Shown here piece after piece: positions 1 through 9,600 of a DNA stretch of 64,000 nt (position 1 is the first letter of the stretch; each line of letters starts with the position of its first letter). The notes under the pieces are model-generated. The model worked only from the letters and a program-made list of their open reading frames with translations, had not been told where the DNA came from and made no database searches. Made by a program: the position numbers and the translations under genes. The DNA is taken from positions 768,001 through 832,000 of the forward strand of contig OZ242008.1 in NCBI GenBank assembly GCA_965204735.1, given 5' to 3'. The stretch is from Longimicrobiales bacterium. GTDB lineage: Bacteria > Gemmatimonadota > Gemmatimonadetes > Longimicrobiales > Gaopeijiaceae.

Positions 1-524
1 CCGAGTCCTCCGACGCCGGGGAGCGGCCACGCCTGCGCTTGATCAGGCCCGACCCGGCCCAGCGCTACGTGACGTGCGTGCCCTTCATGCCGTTGAAGGC
101 TGCGGCCGGGGCCTTCGGCGACCCGCAGACGCTTGCCGAAGACGACGACGAACGGGAGTGGCTGGAGGTGGAAGCGGGACGCGCGCTTCGGCCCGGCATG
201 TTCGCGGCGCAGGTCGAGGGCCGCTCCATGGAGCCGCGCATCCCCGACGGCTCGTATTGCCTCTTCCGGCCCGACGTGGCCGGCACGCGCCAAGGTCGAG
301 TGCTCCTCGTGCAGCTCCTGGATCAAGTCGACCCGGAGACGGGCTACCGCTTCACCGTCAAGCGCTACCGCAGCAAGAAGCGCCAGGACGAAGGCGGCTG
401 GCGTCACGTCAAGGTGACGCTGGAGCCCGACAACCCCGACTTCGCGCCCATCGAGATCGCCACCGACGACGAGGCGACCGTGGACGTCGTGGCCGAGTTC
501 GTCGCAGTGCTTGGAGCTGGGTAG
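1..524 (+). CDS. 5'-truncated protein ending in a LexA/UmuD-like S24 peptidase domain
   Basis: Frame is open from the window edge. Has an AAAG cleavage-type site, GRSMEP (catalytic Ser) and TVKRY (catalytic Lys). Confidence 0.8.
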   Translation, partial: ESSDAGERPRLRLIRPDPAQRYVTCVPFMPLKAAAGAFGDPQTLAEDDDEREWLEVEAGRALRPGMFAAQVEGRSMEPRIPDGSYCLFRPDVAGTRQGRVLLVQLLDQVDPETGYRFTVKRYRSKKRQDEGGWRHVKVTLEPDNPDFAPIEIATDDEATVDVVAEFVAVLGAG

Positions 525-648
525 AGGTAGACCATTGCCGCATCCCGCCCCCTTAGCTGGAGAGCTCCAGCCGGGATTGCGCATCGCGAGCACCGGTCCG
601 ACAATCGCTGGCGCCAGTCGCAAGCACTCGCAGGCGAAGGAGGGCCGC

Positions 649-1941
649 GTGTTGAAGCCGGCGTGGGACAGACTGTGGACCGGAGCGAACCTGGCGACCA
701 TGACGGATGCGTCCATGGGGGTCGTCGAAGACGGCGCCCTCGCCGCAAAGGACGGGCGGATCGCATGGGTAGGCCGAGCCCGGGACCTGCCAAGGGACGC
801 GAGGACGCGGGCCGACGCGGTGATCGACTGCGACGGCGCGTGGATGACGCCGGGGCTGGTCGATTGTCACACGCACCTCGTCTTCGGCGGCGACAGAACG
901 GGCGACTTCCGGCGACGACTTGGAGGCGAGTCCTACGAGGAGATCGCGCGCGCCGGCGGCGGCATCTGGTCCACGGTGCTGGCCACGCGCCGCGCCTCTG
1001 CGCGGGAGCTGGCCGAGAGCGCGTCGGCCCGAGTGCGGGACCTGACCGCGTGGGGCGTCACGACGATCGAGATCAAGTCCGGCTACGGCCTGGACGTGGA
1101 GACGGAGCTGAAGATGCTGGACGTGGCCGCGGGGCTGGGGCGCGACCTTCCCGTGGACGTGTCGCCCACCCTGCTGGCGGCCCATGCGCTGCCCCCGGAG
1201 TTCGCGGGAAGACGGGCCGAGTACGTGGAGCACGTCGTGCAGGAGATGATTCCCGCCGCTGCCGAGCAGGGCCACGCGACCGCCGTGGACGTGTTCTGCG
1301 AAGGCATCGCCTTCTCGCCCGCCGAGTCCAAGAAGGTTCTGGAAGCCGGTCTTGCCGTCGGCCTTCAAGCCCGCGTGCACGCTGACCAGCTCTCGGACAC
1401 CGGCGGCGGCGTGCTCGCGGCGTCGCTGGGCGCCCGCTCCGCCGATCACCTGGAGCATCTCTCGCCGGAGGGCGTCGCGGCCATGGCCGAAGCGGACGTC
1501 GCAGCGGTCCTTCTGCCCGGCGCGGCGTACACGCTGGACGCGGATCGGAAGCCTCCCGTCGCCGGGCTGCGGAAGGCGGGGGCGACGCTGGCTCTGGCCA
1601 CGGACGCAAACCCGGGGTCGTCGCCGATCACCAACGTGGGAATGATCCTCAACTTGGCCTGCATCCTCTTCCGGACGACTCCGGCCGAAGCCCTGACGGG
1701 TTTCACGCGCGCCGCCGCCAAGGCGCTCGGGCTGGACGGCGACCGAGGCACGCTGGAGCGCGGAAAGCGAGCGGACCTGGCGATCTGGAACGTGCGCGAC
1801 CCTGCGTTCCTCTGCTACTGGATGGGCCAAAGCCCGTTGGCCGGCTTGGTCAAGGACGGCGAGCCGATCAGCGCAAACCGCGTCAGCTTGCCGGACGCCG
1901 CACCGGTCCCCGGAGCCACCGGCCCGGCTTCTCGCCCGTGA
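649..1941 (+). CDS. hutI: Imidazolonepropionase
   Basis: PGLVDCHTH, EIKSGYGL, HADQL, ADHLEH and ATDANPGSSP motifs. GTG at 649 follows AAGGAGG. Confidence 0.95.
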   Translation: MLKPAWDRLWTGANLATMTDASMGVVEDGALAAKDGRIAWVGRARDLPRDARTRADAVIDCDGAWMTPGLVDCHTHLVFGGDRTGDFRRRLGGESYEEIARAGGGIWSTVLATRRASARELAESASARVRDLTAWGVTTIEIKSGYGLDVETELKMLDVAAGLGRDLPVDVSPTLLAAHALPPEFAGRRAEYVEHVVQEMIPAAAEQGHATAVDVFCEGIAFSPAESKKVLEAGLAVGLQARVHADQLSDTGGGVLAASLGARSADHLEHLSPEGVAAMAEADVAAVLLPGAAYTLDADRKPPVAGLRKAGATLALATDANPGSSPITNVGMILNLACILFRTTPAEALTGFTRAAAKALGLDGDRGTLERGKRADLAIWNVRDPAFLCYWMGQSPLAGLVKDGEPISANRVSLPDAAPVPGATGPASRP

Positions 1942-3550
1942 GCCCGCCGTTGCGGATCACCGGAACGCCGTTCACCAGCAGGTCGGCGATGCCCACGCTG
2001 TACTGGTGCGGGTCGGCGTAGGTGGCCCGGTCGGCGATCACGTCCGGGTCGAACACCGCCACGTCGGCGCGCATCCCCTCGGCGATCACCCCCATGTCGC
2101 TGCGGCCGAGCCAACGGGCGGGCATGGACGTCATCTTCTCGACCGCTTCCTCCAACGTGAGCACGCCCAGCTCGCGGACGTAGCGCGCCAGCACTCGCGG
2201 GAACGCGCCGTAGCTGCGGGGGTGCGGGTATCCGATCCCGTAGCCCACCGCGTCGCCGTCCGTCTCGATCATGGCAAGGGGGTGCTGCATGATCCGGATC
2301 ACGTCCGCCTCGTCCATGGCGTGATAGATGGCGCTGAAGCCGCCCTTCAGCTGGAGATCGATCGCCAGCTGGATGCCCGTTTCCAGGTTGTTCGGGAGTC
2401 CCAGGTCGGCGGCGTACTCCGCCAGCGTGCGGCCGTTCCACCTTTCGTCCGAGCGCAGGACGCGGAACTGAATGCGCGAAATGTCGCCGCCGGTGCGGTC
2501 GGTCGTGAATATCGTCCGCATGTCCGCCTCCATCCGCCGGCGGGTCTCCGGGTCGGCGACGCGCTTGGCGAACTCCTCCGGGCCGCCGGCCAGCGCCCAC
2601 TGCGGGAAGAGGATCGACGAGCCGGTGCTGGAGGCGGCGTAAGGGTAGAGGTCGTGGGTGACCGAGAGCCCGGCCGCGTTGGCCGAATCGATCATTGCCA
2701 GGGACTTCTCGCTCCATCCCCATTGGGCGGCGCCGGCCGCCTTGTGATGGTTGATCTGGGCGGGGATGCCGGCTTCGTCGGCGATGCGGATCACCTCGGC
2801 CACGGATTCGAGCAGTCCGCTGGCCTCGTTGCGCATGTGGGTGACGTAGATGCCCCCGTGGCGGGCTGCGACCTTGGCCAGCTCGATCACCTCTTCGGTC
2901 TCGGCGAAGTTGGCGGGCACGTACAGCAACCCCGTCGAGAGGCCCAGCGCCCCTTCGCGCATCGACTGGTCCACGAGCGCCTTCATCTCCTCCAGCTCGG
3001 CCTCGGTGGGGGCGCGGTCGTCCATTCCCAGGACTTGCTTTCGGGTCCAGGAGTGGCCGGCGAAGAACCCGAAGTTCGGGGCCGCCTCCAGGCTCGACGC
3101 GAACGCCTCCATCGGCCACGGCTGGTCGCCCGAGTGCAGCGACGCGATCAGCGTGGTGATCCCCTGCCGCAGGAAGTTCTCGGCCAGCGGGTATTCCGCG
3201 ATCGTCTGCTGGACGTGGGAGTGGTTGTCGATGAACCCGGGGGCGACCACTCGGCCTTCGGCGTCGATCACCGTCGCGGCCAGAGACCTGTCCACCGGCT
3301 CTCGCGAGACGAGGACGATGCGTCCGTCCGCCACCGCCACGTCGGCCCGGAAGCGGTCGGCCCCCGTGCCGTCCACCACCGTGCCGCCGGCGATCAGCAC
3401 GTCGTACTGCTGGGCGGAGGCGCCGGCCGACCGACCGGACGTTCCCGGCGCGCCCGGCGCTCCGGCGAGGCAGAAGAGGGTCAGCGCGACGGCCGAAGAG
3501 ACCACCGGCGACGGGAAGCTGGCCGAAGCGGCCTTTGCGCGAAGAGTCAT
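1883..3550 (-). CDS. N-acyl-D-amino-acid deacylase (D-aminoacylase family amidohydrolase), signal peptide
   Basis: GGTVVDGTG, PGFIDNHSH, THMRNE, HPRSYGAFPRVL and C-terminal VNG...TGEKPG. GGAGG precedes ATG 3550. Confidence 0.9.
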   Translation of the reverse strand: MTLRAKAASASFPSPVVSSAVALTLFCLAGAPGAPGTSGRSAGASAQQYDVLIAGGTVVDGTGADRFRADVAVADGRIVLVSREPVDRSLAATVIDAEGRVVAPGFIDNHSHVQQTIAEYPLAENFLRQGITTLIASLHSGDQPWPMEAFASSLEAAPNFGFFAGHSWTRKQVLGMDDRAPTEAELEEMKALVDQSMREGALGLSTGLLYVPANFAETEEVIELAKVAARHGGIYVTHMRNEASGLLESVAEVIRIADEAGIPAQINHHKAAGAAQWGWSEKSLAMIDSANAAGLSVTHDLYPYAASSTGSSILFPQWALAGGPEEFAKRVADPETRRRMEADMRTIFTTDRTGGDISRIQFRVLRSDERWNGRTLAEYAADLGLPNNLETGIQLAIDLQLKGGFSAIYHAMDEADVIRIMQHPLAMIETDGDAVGYGIGYPHPRSYGAFPRVLARYVRELGVLTLEEAVEKMTSMPARWLGRSDMGVIAEGMRADVAVFDPDVIADRATYADPHQYSVGIADLLVNGVPVIRNGGLTGEKPGRWLRGPVRRPAS

Positions 3551-3717
3551 CGGGGCGGAACCTCCAAAGGTGACGGCCGGGTCTGGCCTGACGGCGGGTC
3601 TGGCAACGATCTGGAATGGACCCGGCGGCCGGGAGCGGCGCAACTGGGGCCAGGCGGCGCCCGGTCGCATCGGCCGGCACTTGCCTTCGGCCGCGCCATG
3701 CCGCCCAATTGGCCAGC

Positions 3718-4503
3718 ATGAGCATGAAGGTCGCGACGTGGAACGTGAACTCGGTCAAGGCGCGGGAGGCGCGGGTGGTCGGGTGGCTCCGGGAGCACGA
3801 GCCGGACGCCCTCTGCCTTCAGGAGCTGAAGACCACCGACGCGGCGTACCCGTTCGACGCCGTCCGCAGTGCAGGCTACGAGTCGGCGGTGCTGGGCCAG
3901 CGGACCTACAACGGCGTGGCGCTGCTCGGCCGCCGTCCGATCTCCGACGTGGTGCGGGGCTTGGGCTCCGACGACCTGGACTCGCAGGCCCGGCTGATCC
4001 AAGGCGTGGTCCGGGGAGTCGCGGTGTACTCGGCCTACTTCCCCAACGGGCGAACGGTCGGCTCCGAGTCGCACCGCTACAAGCTGGCCTGGATGGGGCG
4101 GCTGCTGGAGGCGCTGGAGACCCGCCACGACCCCCGCGACCCCGTGATCCTGGCCGGCGACTTCAACGTGGCCCGCGACGACCTGGATGCGGAGAACCCG
4201 GAGCAGTGGGCGGCCAGCGTCCTCTGCGATCCGGCTGCGCGGGAGGCGCTGGAGCGGATCCGCGAGTGGGGCTTCGTGGACGTGGTGCGGAAGCACAACC
4301 CCCAGGGCAAGCTGTACAGCTGGTGGGACTACCGTCGCCTCGCGTTTCCCAGGAACGACGGCTTGCGCATCGACCACGTCTTTGCCACAGTTCCCGTGGC
4401 GGACGCGTCGACCGCAGCCTGGGTGGACCGCAACCAGCGGAAAGGCAAGAAGACGGACAAGCCGTCGGACCACGCGCCGGTGTTGGCGGAGTTCGACCTC
4501 TAG
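3718..4503 (+). CDS. xth: Exodeoxyribonuclease III (AP endonuclease)
   Basis: MKVATWNVNS, LQELK, YNGVA, GDFN, WWDYR, GLRIDH, SDHAPV. Confidence 0.95.
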   Translation: MSMKVATWNVNSVKAREARVVGWLREHEPDALCLQELKTTDAAYPFDAVRSAGYESAVLGQRTYNGVALLGRRPISDVVRGLGSDDLDSQARLIQGVVRGVAVYSAYFPNGRTVGSESHRYKLAWMGRLLEALETRHDPRDPVILAGDFNVARDDLDAENPEQWAASVLCDPAAREALERIREWGFVDVVRKHNPQGKLYSWWDYRRLAFPRNDGLRIDHVFATVPVADASTAAWVDRNQRKGKKTDKPSDHAPVLAEFDL

Positions 4504-4522
4504 ATCGGAGCAACCTTCCGAC

Positions 4523-4548
4523 GGGAACCTTGGGTCGAAACGGGTGTA
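4523..4548 (+). promoter_or_regulatory. Candidate ECF-sigma promoter GGGAACC-N13-GGTGTA
   Basis: The same bipartite motif recurs at 19826 and 30746. Lies about 100 nt upstream of the ORF at 4649. Confidence 0.5.
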
Positions 4549-4648
4549 GCAACCTGGAAACGGGTGTAGCAGCCCTGGGTCGAACTCCAGCGAAGCGAGT
4601 TCTCGCAGGAGCGCAAGAGGAAGAGCAGGAGGAACGCAGGAGGAAGAG

Positions 4649-5377
4649 ATGAAGAGCAGGCGGCTCAGGGAGCGCCACTACCGGCGCATCTTCGTGGCGG
4701 GGATCGGGGCGTCGGTGACGGTCCACGCCGTCGTCTTGGGGATGGCGACGTTCAACGTCCCCGCCACTACCGCAGGCCCCCCCGAGAACCGTCGCGTCAC
4801 GTCCGAAGCGCCCCGGTTCGACGCCGTCGAGGTGGTGCAGCTGTCGGTGCAGGCCGAGCCGACGGAAGCGCCCGTGCCCGTGGAGGCCGTAGTCGCCGCA
4901 GCGGCGGTCGAGCCCTCCGCGACCGCGCCCGCCGCGGCGCCCCCGGCATCGGCTCGCGCAACGCCGTCTCCGGCGGCAGGCGCACCCTCTCCGGCGACGA
5001 ACGCCGCGGTCCTCCTGGCTTCCCTCGAGGCCCCGTCGGCGCCATCCATGCGCGCCAACTTCGCGGCTCGGCAAAGTCTTCCCTACGGCGCGTCGGCGTC
5101 CCAGGCGATTCCCGAGCCGGCCGACGCGGATCCCCACGCCGGCCACGACCACGGCCACGACGAGGAGTCCGAAGGAGACGGCTGGTGGGGCCGCTTCAAG
5201 GTCGCCCTGGGCCAGGGCGCCGCAGGGGGCTACTGCAAGCCGCGCAAGCCGCCGGTCCTGGTGTCCGGACCCAATCACCCGCCAGTGCTGGGAGAGGCGC
5301 AGCCCGAGGACGACACGGAGCCCCCGGACGCCCAGTTCCCGCGCCCCCGGGGTCCCCGAGGCCGCCTCTTCCGCTAA
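4649..5377 (+). CDS. Hypothetical membrane-anchored Pro/Ala-rich protein with TonB-like N-terminal anchor and His-rich motif
   Basis: Purine-rich RBS, one TM helix with SxxxH (SVTVH), Pro/Ala linker, DPHAGHDHGHDEE. Confidence 0.7.
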   Translation: MKSRRLRERHYRRIFVAGIGASVTVHAVVLGMATFNVPATTAGPPENRRVTSEAPRFDAVEVVQLSVQAEPTEAPVPVEAVVAAAAVEPSATAPAAAPPASARATPSPAAGAPSPATNAAVLLASLEAPSAPSMRANFAARQSLPYGASASQAIPEPADADPHAGHDHGHDEESEGDGWWGRFKVALGQGAAGGYCKPRKPPVLVSGPNHPPVLGEAQPEDDTEPPDAQFPRPRGPRGRLFR

Positions 5378-5496
5378 GCTCTTCCGCTAAGAGGTTCCGC
5401 CCCAGGCCGGTCCTGGCGGTCGCGCGCCGGTCCTGGCGGCTCCGGTCCTGGCGGCCCCGGCTCCGGCCGGCCGAGCTGCTCCCTGCGCTTGCGCGC

Positions 5497-6399
5497 TTAC
5501 TCCCTCCGCATCAGGGCGTCCATCTCTTCCACGCTCCTGGGCCAGTCCTCCCCGAGCAGCCGCGACAGGCCCCGGTCGGCCAGGATCTTGCCGCCCGTCT
5601 GGCACTGGGGACAGTAGTTGGTCTCTCGGGTCGAGTAGACGATCCGCTGGACGGCCGTACCGCAACGAGGACACGGCTTGCCGTACTTGCCGTGGGTCGC
5701 CATCGCCGGATGGAACGCGGTCACCTTGGCCGGGAAGCGGTCCCCGGCCTCCTCCACCAAGCGCTCCGACCACTCCCGCAGGGACGACTGGACGGCCGCG
5801 CGGAGGCGCTCGACCTCGGCGTCGGACAGCCGGCTCGTGAGAGCGACCGGCGAGAGCCCGGCCCGCCAGAGGATCTCGTCGGAGTGGGCGTTGCCGATCC
5901 CCGAAAGGATGCGCGGGTCGGCGAGGGCCCGCTTCAGCGTCCGGTTTTCGCGGCGAACGGCCTGGGCGAAGGCTTCTGCGGACGCCTCCATCGGCTCGAT
6001 CCCGCCCGGGTCGTGCTCGGCCAGCGCATCCTCTCCCCGGACCAGGTGGAGCGACGCGCGCTTGTGGGTCGCGGACTCGGTGAGGAGGAGCGCGCCCCCG
6101 GGGAAGTCGAACGCCGCGTGGCCCCGCTTGCGCGGGATCGGCGCACCCGGCGCCTTCCACTGGAAGCGCCCCGAAATCATGAGGTGCACGACGAGGAAGA
6201 GGTCGTCGTCCATGCCCAGCACGATCCGCTTGCCCAGCCGCCGTAGCTCGCGCACTTCCTTTCCATCGACGGCGGAGAGGGGCGGGTCGAAGCTCTTGAG
6301 AAGGGAGGGCGACCGAATGCGGACTCGCTCCAGGCGTTCGCCCAAGACCCGCGGCCGGAGCGCGTGAAGGTAGAGGGCGACTTCCGGGAGTTCGGGCAT
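5497..6399 (-). CDS. Fpg/Nei family DNA glycosylase
   Basis: N-terminal MPELPEV, RRLGKR, H2TH motif SGIGNAHSDEIL, zinc finger CPRC..CPQC. Confidence 0.93.
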   Translation of the reverse strand: MPELPEVALYLHALRPRVLGERLERVRIRSPSLLKSFDPPLSAVDGKEVRELRRLGKRIVLGMDDDLFLVVHLMISGRFQWKAPGAPIPRKRGHAAFDFPGGALLLTESATHKRASLHLVRGEDALAEHDPGGIEPMEASAEAFAQAVRRENRTLKRALADPRILSGIGNAHSDEILWRAGLSPVALTSRLSDAEVERLRAAVQSSLREWSERLVEEAGDRFPAKVTAFHPAMATHGKYGKPCPRCGTAVQRIVYSTRETNYCPQCQTGGKILADRGLSRLLGEDWPRSVEEMDALMRRE

Positions 6400-6409
6400 C
6401 GCGGGCCAA

Positions 6410-7462
6410 TCAGGACGCGGCGTTCATGTCGACCACAAGGTACTCCTGCTCGTGGGTGCCCTCCAAGCCGGTGTTGCGTTGCGAGATCACGTCCCGAATG
6501 TTCGTGGGCGCCGTCCACGGGATCGGTCCCCGGTAGACGACGATGGGCGCCACGGGGGGCAGGAGGTCGTCGGGACCCAGCTCCCCTCGTTCGATCGCGT
6601 CCACCCAGGTGAGCGCCGTGTTGGTCAGGACCCGCAGCCCCATGAACGCGTCGGGGATGGTCTCGTCGAAGAGCAGGACGAAGGCTCGCTGTCCGCTCCG
6701 GAGCCGAAGTTGCCAGACCCGATCTCCGTCGCGGTGAAGAGGCGCGGGCGCCAGATGCCCCGTCGGCCGCTCTTCCAGGGTCCCGTAGTCGAAGCGGTCG
6801 ACTCCCGGCGGCGGCACGGCGGCCCGCATCATGTCCTCGACGAAGTTCCTGTCGTGGAACAGCCGGACGTAGTCCTCGACCGACTGCTCGGTCCCTGCCG
6901 CGGGTCTCGTCCTGGGCTTGGCCGCGAAGCGCCGGCCTCCGGCCTCGGAGTTGCCGACCGTCGGCCGCTTTCCGTTCTGTTTCCTTCCGATTCCTTTCCG
7001 TTTCCCCGCAACCCCGTTCTGTTTCCCCGCGACCCCGGGCTGGCAGGGCTTCAGGTACGCCGGAACCTCGCCGATCACCCGCCCGAGGTCGCTCTGGATC
7101 CTCCAGCGCGCGTCCGGGGACGCCACCACGGACATCAGGGGCGGCAGGTTGCCGGCCTCGTCGAACCCGCCCCGACCGATCCCGAGCTGGCGAACCATGC
7201 ACCCGGCGGCCATGGATCGGGCCACCGCAGCAAGGTCCATCTCACGGCTGTACAGGACCGTGAAGTACGCGGGCGTGCCGTCGAAGAACTTCGTCTGCCA
7301 TGGAGTGGCGCCGAAGAAGGGAGGCCCGTCGTCGTCCTCCTCGTCGGAGGGGCCGGCGTAGTCGTCGATGTCGTACTCTCCGGCCTTGATCCTGTCCACC
7401 TGCTCCTGGATCTTCGGGGGAAGGGGGGACTTGTCGAAGAGGTGGTCGAAGCGTGTGGTCAT
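6410..7462 (-). CDS. Degenerate Rpn/YhgA-like (Transposase_31) protein with two tandem Rpn-like domains
   Basis: GDRVWQLRL...FMGLRVLT...LLPPVAPIVVYRG..PWTAP, and an earlier GNLPPLMSVV..DARW..GEVPAYLKPCQP. The EFQS motif is absent in both. Confidence 0.65.
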   Translation of the reverse strand: MTTRFDHLFDKSPLPPKIQEQVDRIKAGEYDIDDYAGPSDEEDDDGPPFFGATPWQTKFFDGTPAYFTVLYSREMDLAAVARSMAAGCMVRQLGIGRGGFDEAGNLPPLMSVVASPDARWRIQSDLGRVIGEVPAYLKPCQPGVAGKQNGVAGKRKGIGRKQNGKRPTVGNSEAGGRRFAAKPRTRPAAGTEQSVEDYVRLFHDRNFVEDMMRAAVPPPGVDRFDYGTLEERPTGHLAPAPLHRDGDRVWQLRLRSGQRAFVLLFDETIPDAFMGLRVLTNTALTWVDAIERGELGPDDLLPPVAPIVVYRGPIPWTAPTNIRDVISQRNTGLEGTHEQEYLVVDMNAAS

Positions 7463-7682
7463 CGAGGTTGCCGTTGCAGAGAGGGTTCGTTTTGCGCGGG
7501 GAAGATTCCTTTGGATCGCCTGCGACGCTTTTCCCGGTCGTCGCTTGGCTGTCCCGGTCGTGGCTTAAGTGTTGCACCCCGAACTGGGCGTTTCCATGTC
7601 TGGATGGGACAACTTTTCCGGGCCGTCGGGGCGCCCGCCTGTCGGTCCGCTTCGGGAGGCCGCCCGCCGTTAGCTTTCGCAG

Positions 7683-8879
7683 ATGATCGTTCGTCCCAGA
7701 GTTCGCGGCTTCGTCTGCGTCACCAGCCATCCTGTAGGTTGCGCCGCCAACGTGGCGGAGCAAGTGCGCCGGGCCCGTTCCGCTCCCCTCGCCGACCCTC
7801 CGCGCTCGGTCCTGGTCCTCGGTTCGTCGACCAGCTACGGCTTGGGCTCGCGCATCGCCCTGGCTTTCGGAGGCGGCGCGGCCACCTTCGGCGTCTTCTT
7901 CGACCGTCCGCCCACCGCCCGACGGCCCGCCACGGCGGGGTGGTACAACACGGCGGCGTTCGAGGCGATGGCGGAAGAGGCGGGACTCCACTCGGCCTGC
8001 CTCAACGGAGACGCATTCTCCGACGAGACCAAGGAACGGGTCGTGGAGAGGCTGAAGCGGGACTTCCCCCCCGTCGACTGCGTCGTCAACTCGGTCGCCG
8101 CGCCCCGCCGGACCCACCCCCGCTCGGGTCGGACCTTCACGTCGGTCCTGAAGCCGATCGGCGAAGCGTACCGGTCCAAGACGCTGGACACCGACAAGGG
8201 CTTGGTCTCCGACATGGAGCTGCCGCCGGCGTCCGACGAAGAGGTGAGCGCCACCGTGGCCGTCATGGGCGGAGAGGACTGGCGGATGTGGATCGACGCT
8301 CTGGAGGCGGGCGGCGTCCTGGCGCCGGGGTGCCGGACCTTCGCCTACAGCTACGTGGGACCCGAGCTCACTTGGCCGATCTATCGGGACGGAGCGATCG
8401 GGCAGGCGAAGGCGGACCTGCACGAGACCGCCCGAGCGCTGAACGAGCGACTCTCGGCGTCGGACGGAGGTGCCCACGTGGCGGTCATGAAGGCCGTGGT
8501 GACCCAGGCCAGCGCGGCGATACCCGTCGTGCCCCTCTACGTCTCGATTCTGTACAAGGTCATGAAGGCGGCCGGCGACCACGAGGGACCCTTGGAACAG
8601 GCGCTCCGCCTCTACGGCTCCAAGGTCTACGGGTCCGGGGGAGTGCAGACGGACTCGGAGGGCTTCATCCGCATGGACGACTTGGAGATGAAGTCCGAGA
8701 CCCAGGCCGCCGTGCGCCGGGCGTGGGACGCGATCTCCACGGAGAACCTGCACGCCGAGTCCGACTTCGACGGCTACCGAACCGACTTCCTGCGCCTCTT
8801 CGGCTTCGAGGTCCCGGGGGTGGAGTACGGGGCCGAAGTGGAGCCGCTCGTGCCGATACCGACCCTGGCCGGAGCGTGA
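7683..8879 (+). CDS. fabV: Trans-2-enoyl-CoA/enoyl-ACP reductase FabV
   Basis: MIVRPRVRGFVCVTSHPVGC, GWYN, NGDAFS, VMGGEDW, YSYVGP, KAVVTQASAAIP, LFGF. Confidence 0.95.
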   Translation: MIVRPRVRGFVCVTSHPVGCAANVAEQVRRARSAPLADPPRSVLVLGSSTSYGLGSRIALAFGGGAATFGVFFDRPPTARRPATAGWYNTAAFEAMAEEAGLHSACLNGDAFSDETKERVVERLKRDFPPVDCVVNSVAAPRRTHPRSGRTFTSVLKPIGEAYRSKTLDTDKGLVSDMELPPASDEEVSATVAVMGGEDWRMWIDALEAGGVLAPGCRTFAYSYVGPELTWPIYRDGAIGQAKADLHETARALNERLSASDGGAHVAVMKAVVTQASAAIPVVPLYVSILYKVMKAAGDHEGPLEQALRLYGSKVYGSGGVQTDSEGFIRMDDLEMKSETQAAVRRAWDAISTENLHAESDFDGYRTDFLRLFGFEVPGVEYGAEVEPLVPIPTLAGA

Positions 8880-8964
8880 CGGCCCCGGCGACGGCGGGGG
8901 CGAACGCGTTGGCAGAAGCCGCGGTCGGAGGCGGGCCGATCGACGACGCGGGAAGCCGCGGCCA

Positions 8965-9600
8965 GTGAAGGTCGTGCCGACGCCCGAGCAGCTCCGCGAG
9001 CTGGCGGGCCGCGACCCCGTGCTCGGCGACGCCATGGAACGGCTACCGCCCTACCCGGGGTTCCCCGACGGTCCCCTTGCCGAGGGCTCCCACTTCCAGG
9101 CGCTGGCTCGCTCCATCTCGTTCCAGCAGCTGGCCGGGGCTGCCGCGAACACGATCTACGCCCGGGCGTGCGCCCTCACGCCGGGACCGGCCTTTCCCAC
9201 CGTCGCCGAGTGCTTGGCGCTGCCGGACGAGAGCTTCCGGGAAGTCGGGCTTTCGGCGGCCAAGACCCGGGCGGTGAAGGAGTTGGCGGCCAAGTCGAAG
9301 GACGGGTCGGTGCGGCTGGAGAAGGTCGCCCGCATGACCGACGACGAGATCGTGGCGATGCTCTCCTCCGTGTGGGGGATCGGCGAGTGGACGGCCCAGA
9401 TGTTCCTGATCTTCCGCCTGGGACGGCTGGACGTGATGCCCGCGGGGGACCTGGGGGTGCGGGAGGGGGCGCGCAGGCTGGACGGGCTGGAGGAGCGGCC
9501 GTCGCCGACGGCCGTTCTGGAGCGCGCCGAGGCGTGGCGGCCGTTGCGGTCGGTGGCCACATGGGCGCTGTACCGCCTTTGCGACGAGGGGCGCTCGTGA
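8965..9600 (+). CDS. DNA-3-methyladenine glycosylase II (AlkA family, HhH-GPD)
   Basis: LARSISFQQL, HhH motif VWGIGEWTAQMFLIF, DVMPAGDLG, WRPLRSVA. Confidence 0.9.
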   Translation: MKVVPTPEQLRELAGRDPVLGDAMERLPPYPGFPDGPLAEGSHFQALARSISFQQLAGAAANTIYARACALTPGPAFPTVAECLALPDESFREVGLSAAKTRAVKELAAKSKDGSVRLEKVARMTDDEIVAMLSSVWGIGEWTAQMFLIFRLGRLDVMPAGDLGVREGARRLDGLEERPSPTAVLERAEAWRPLRSVATWALYRLCDEGRS

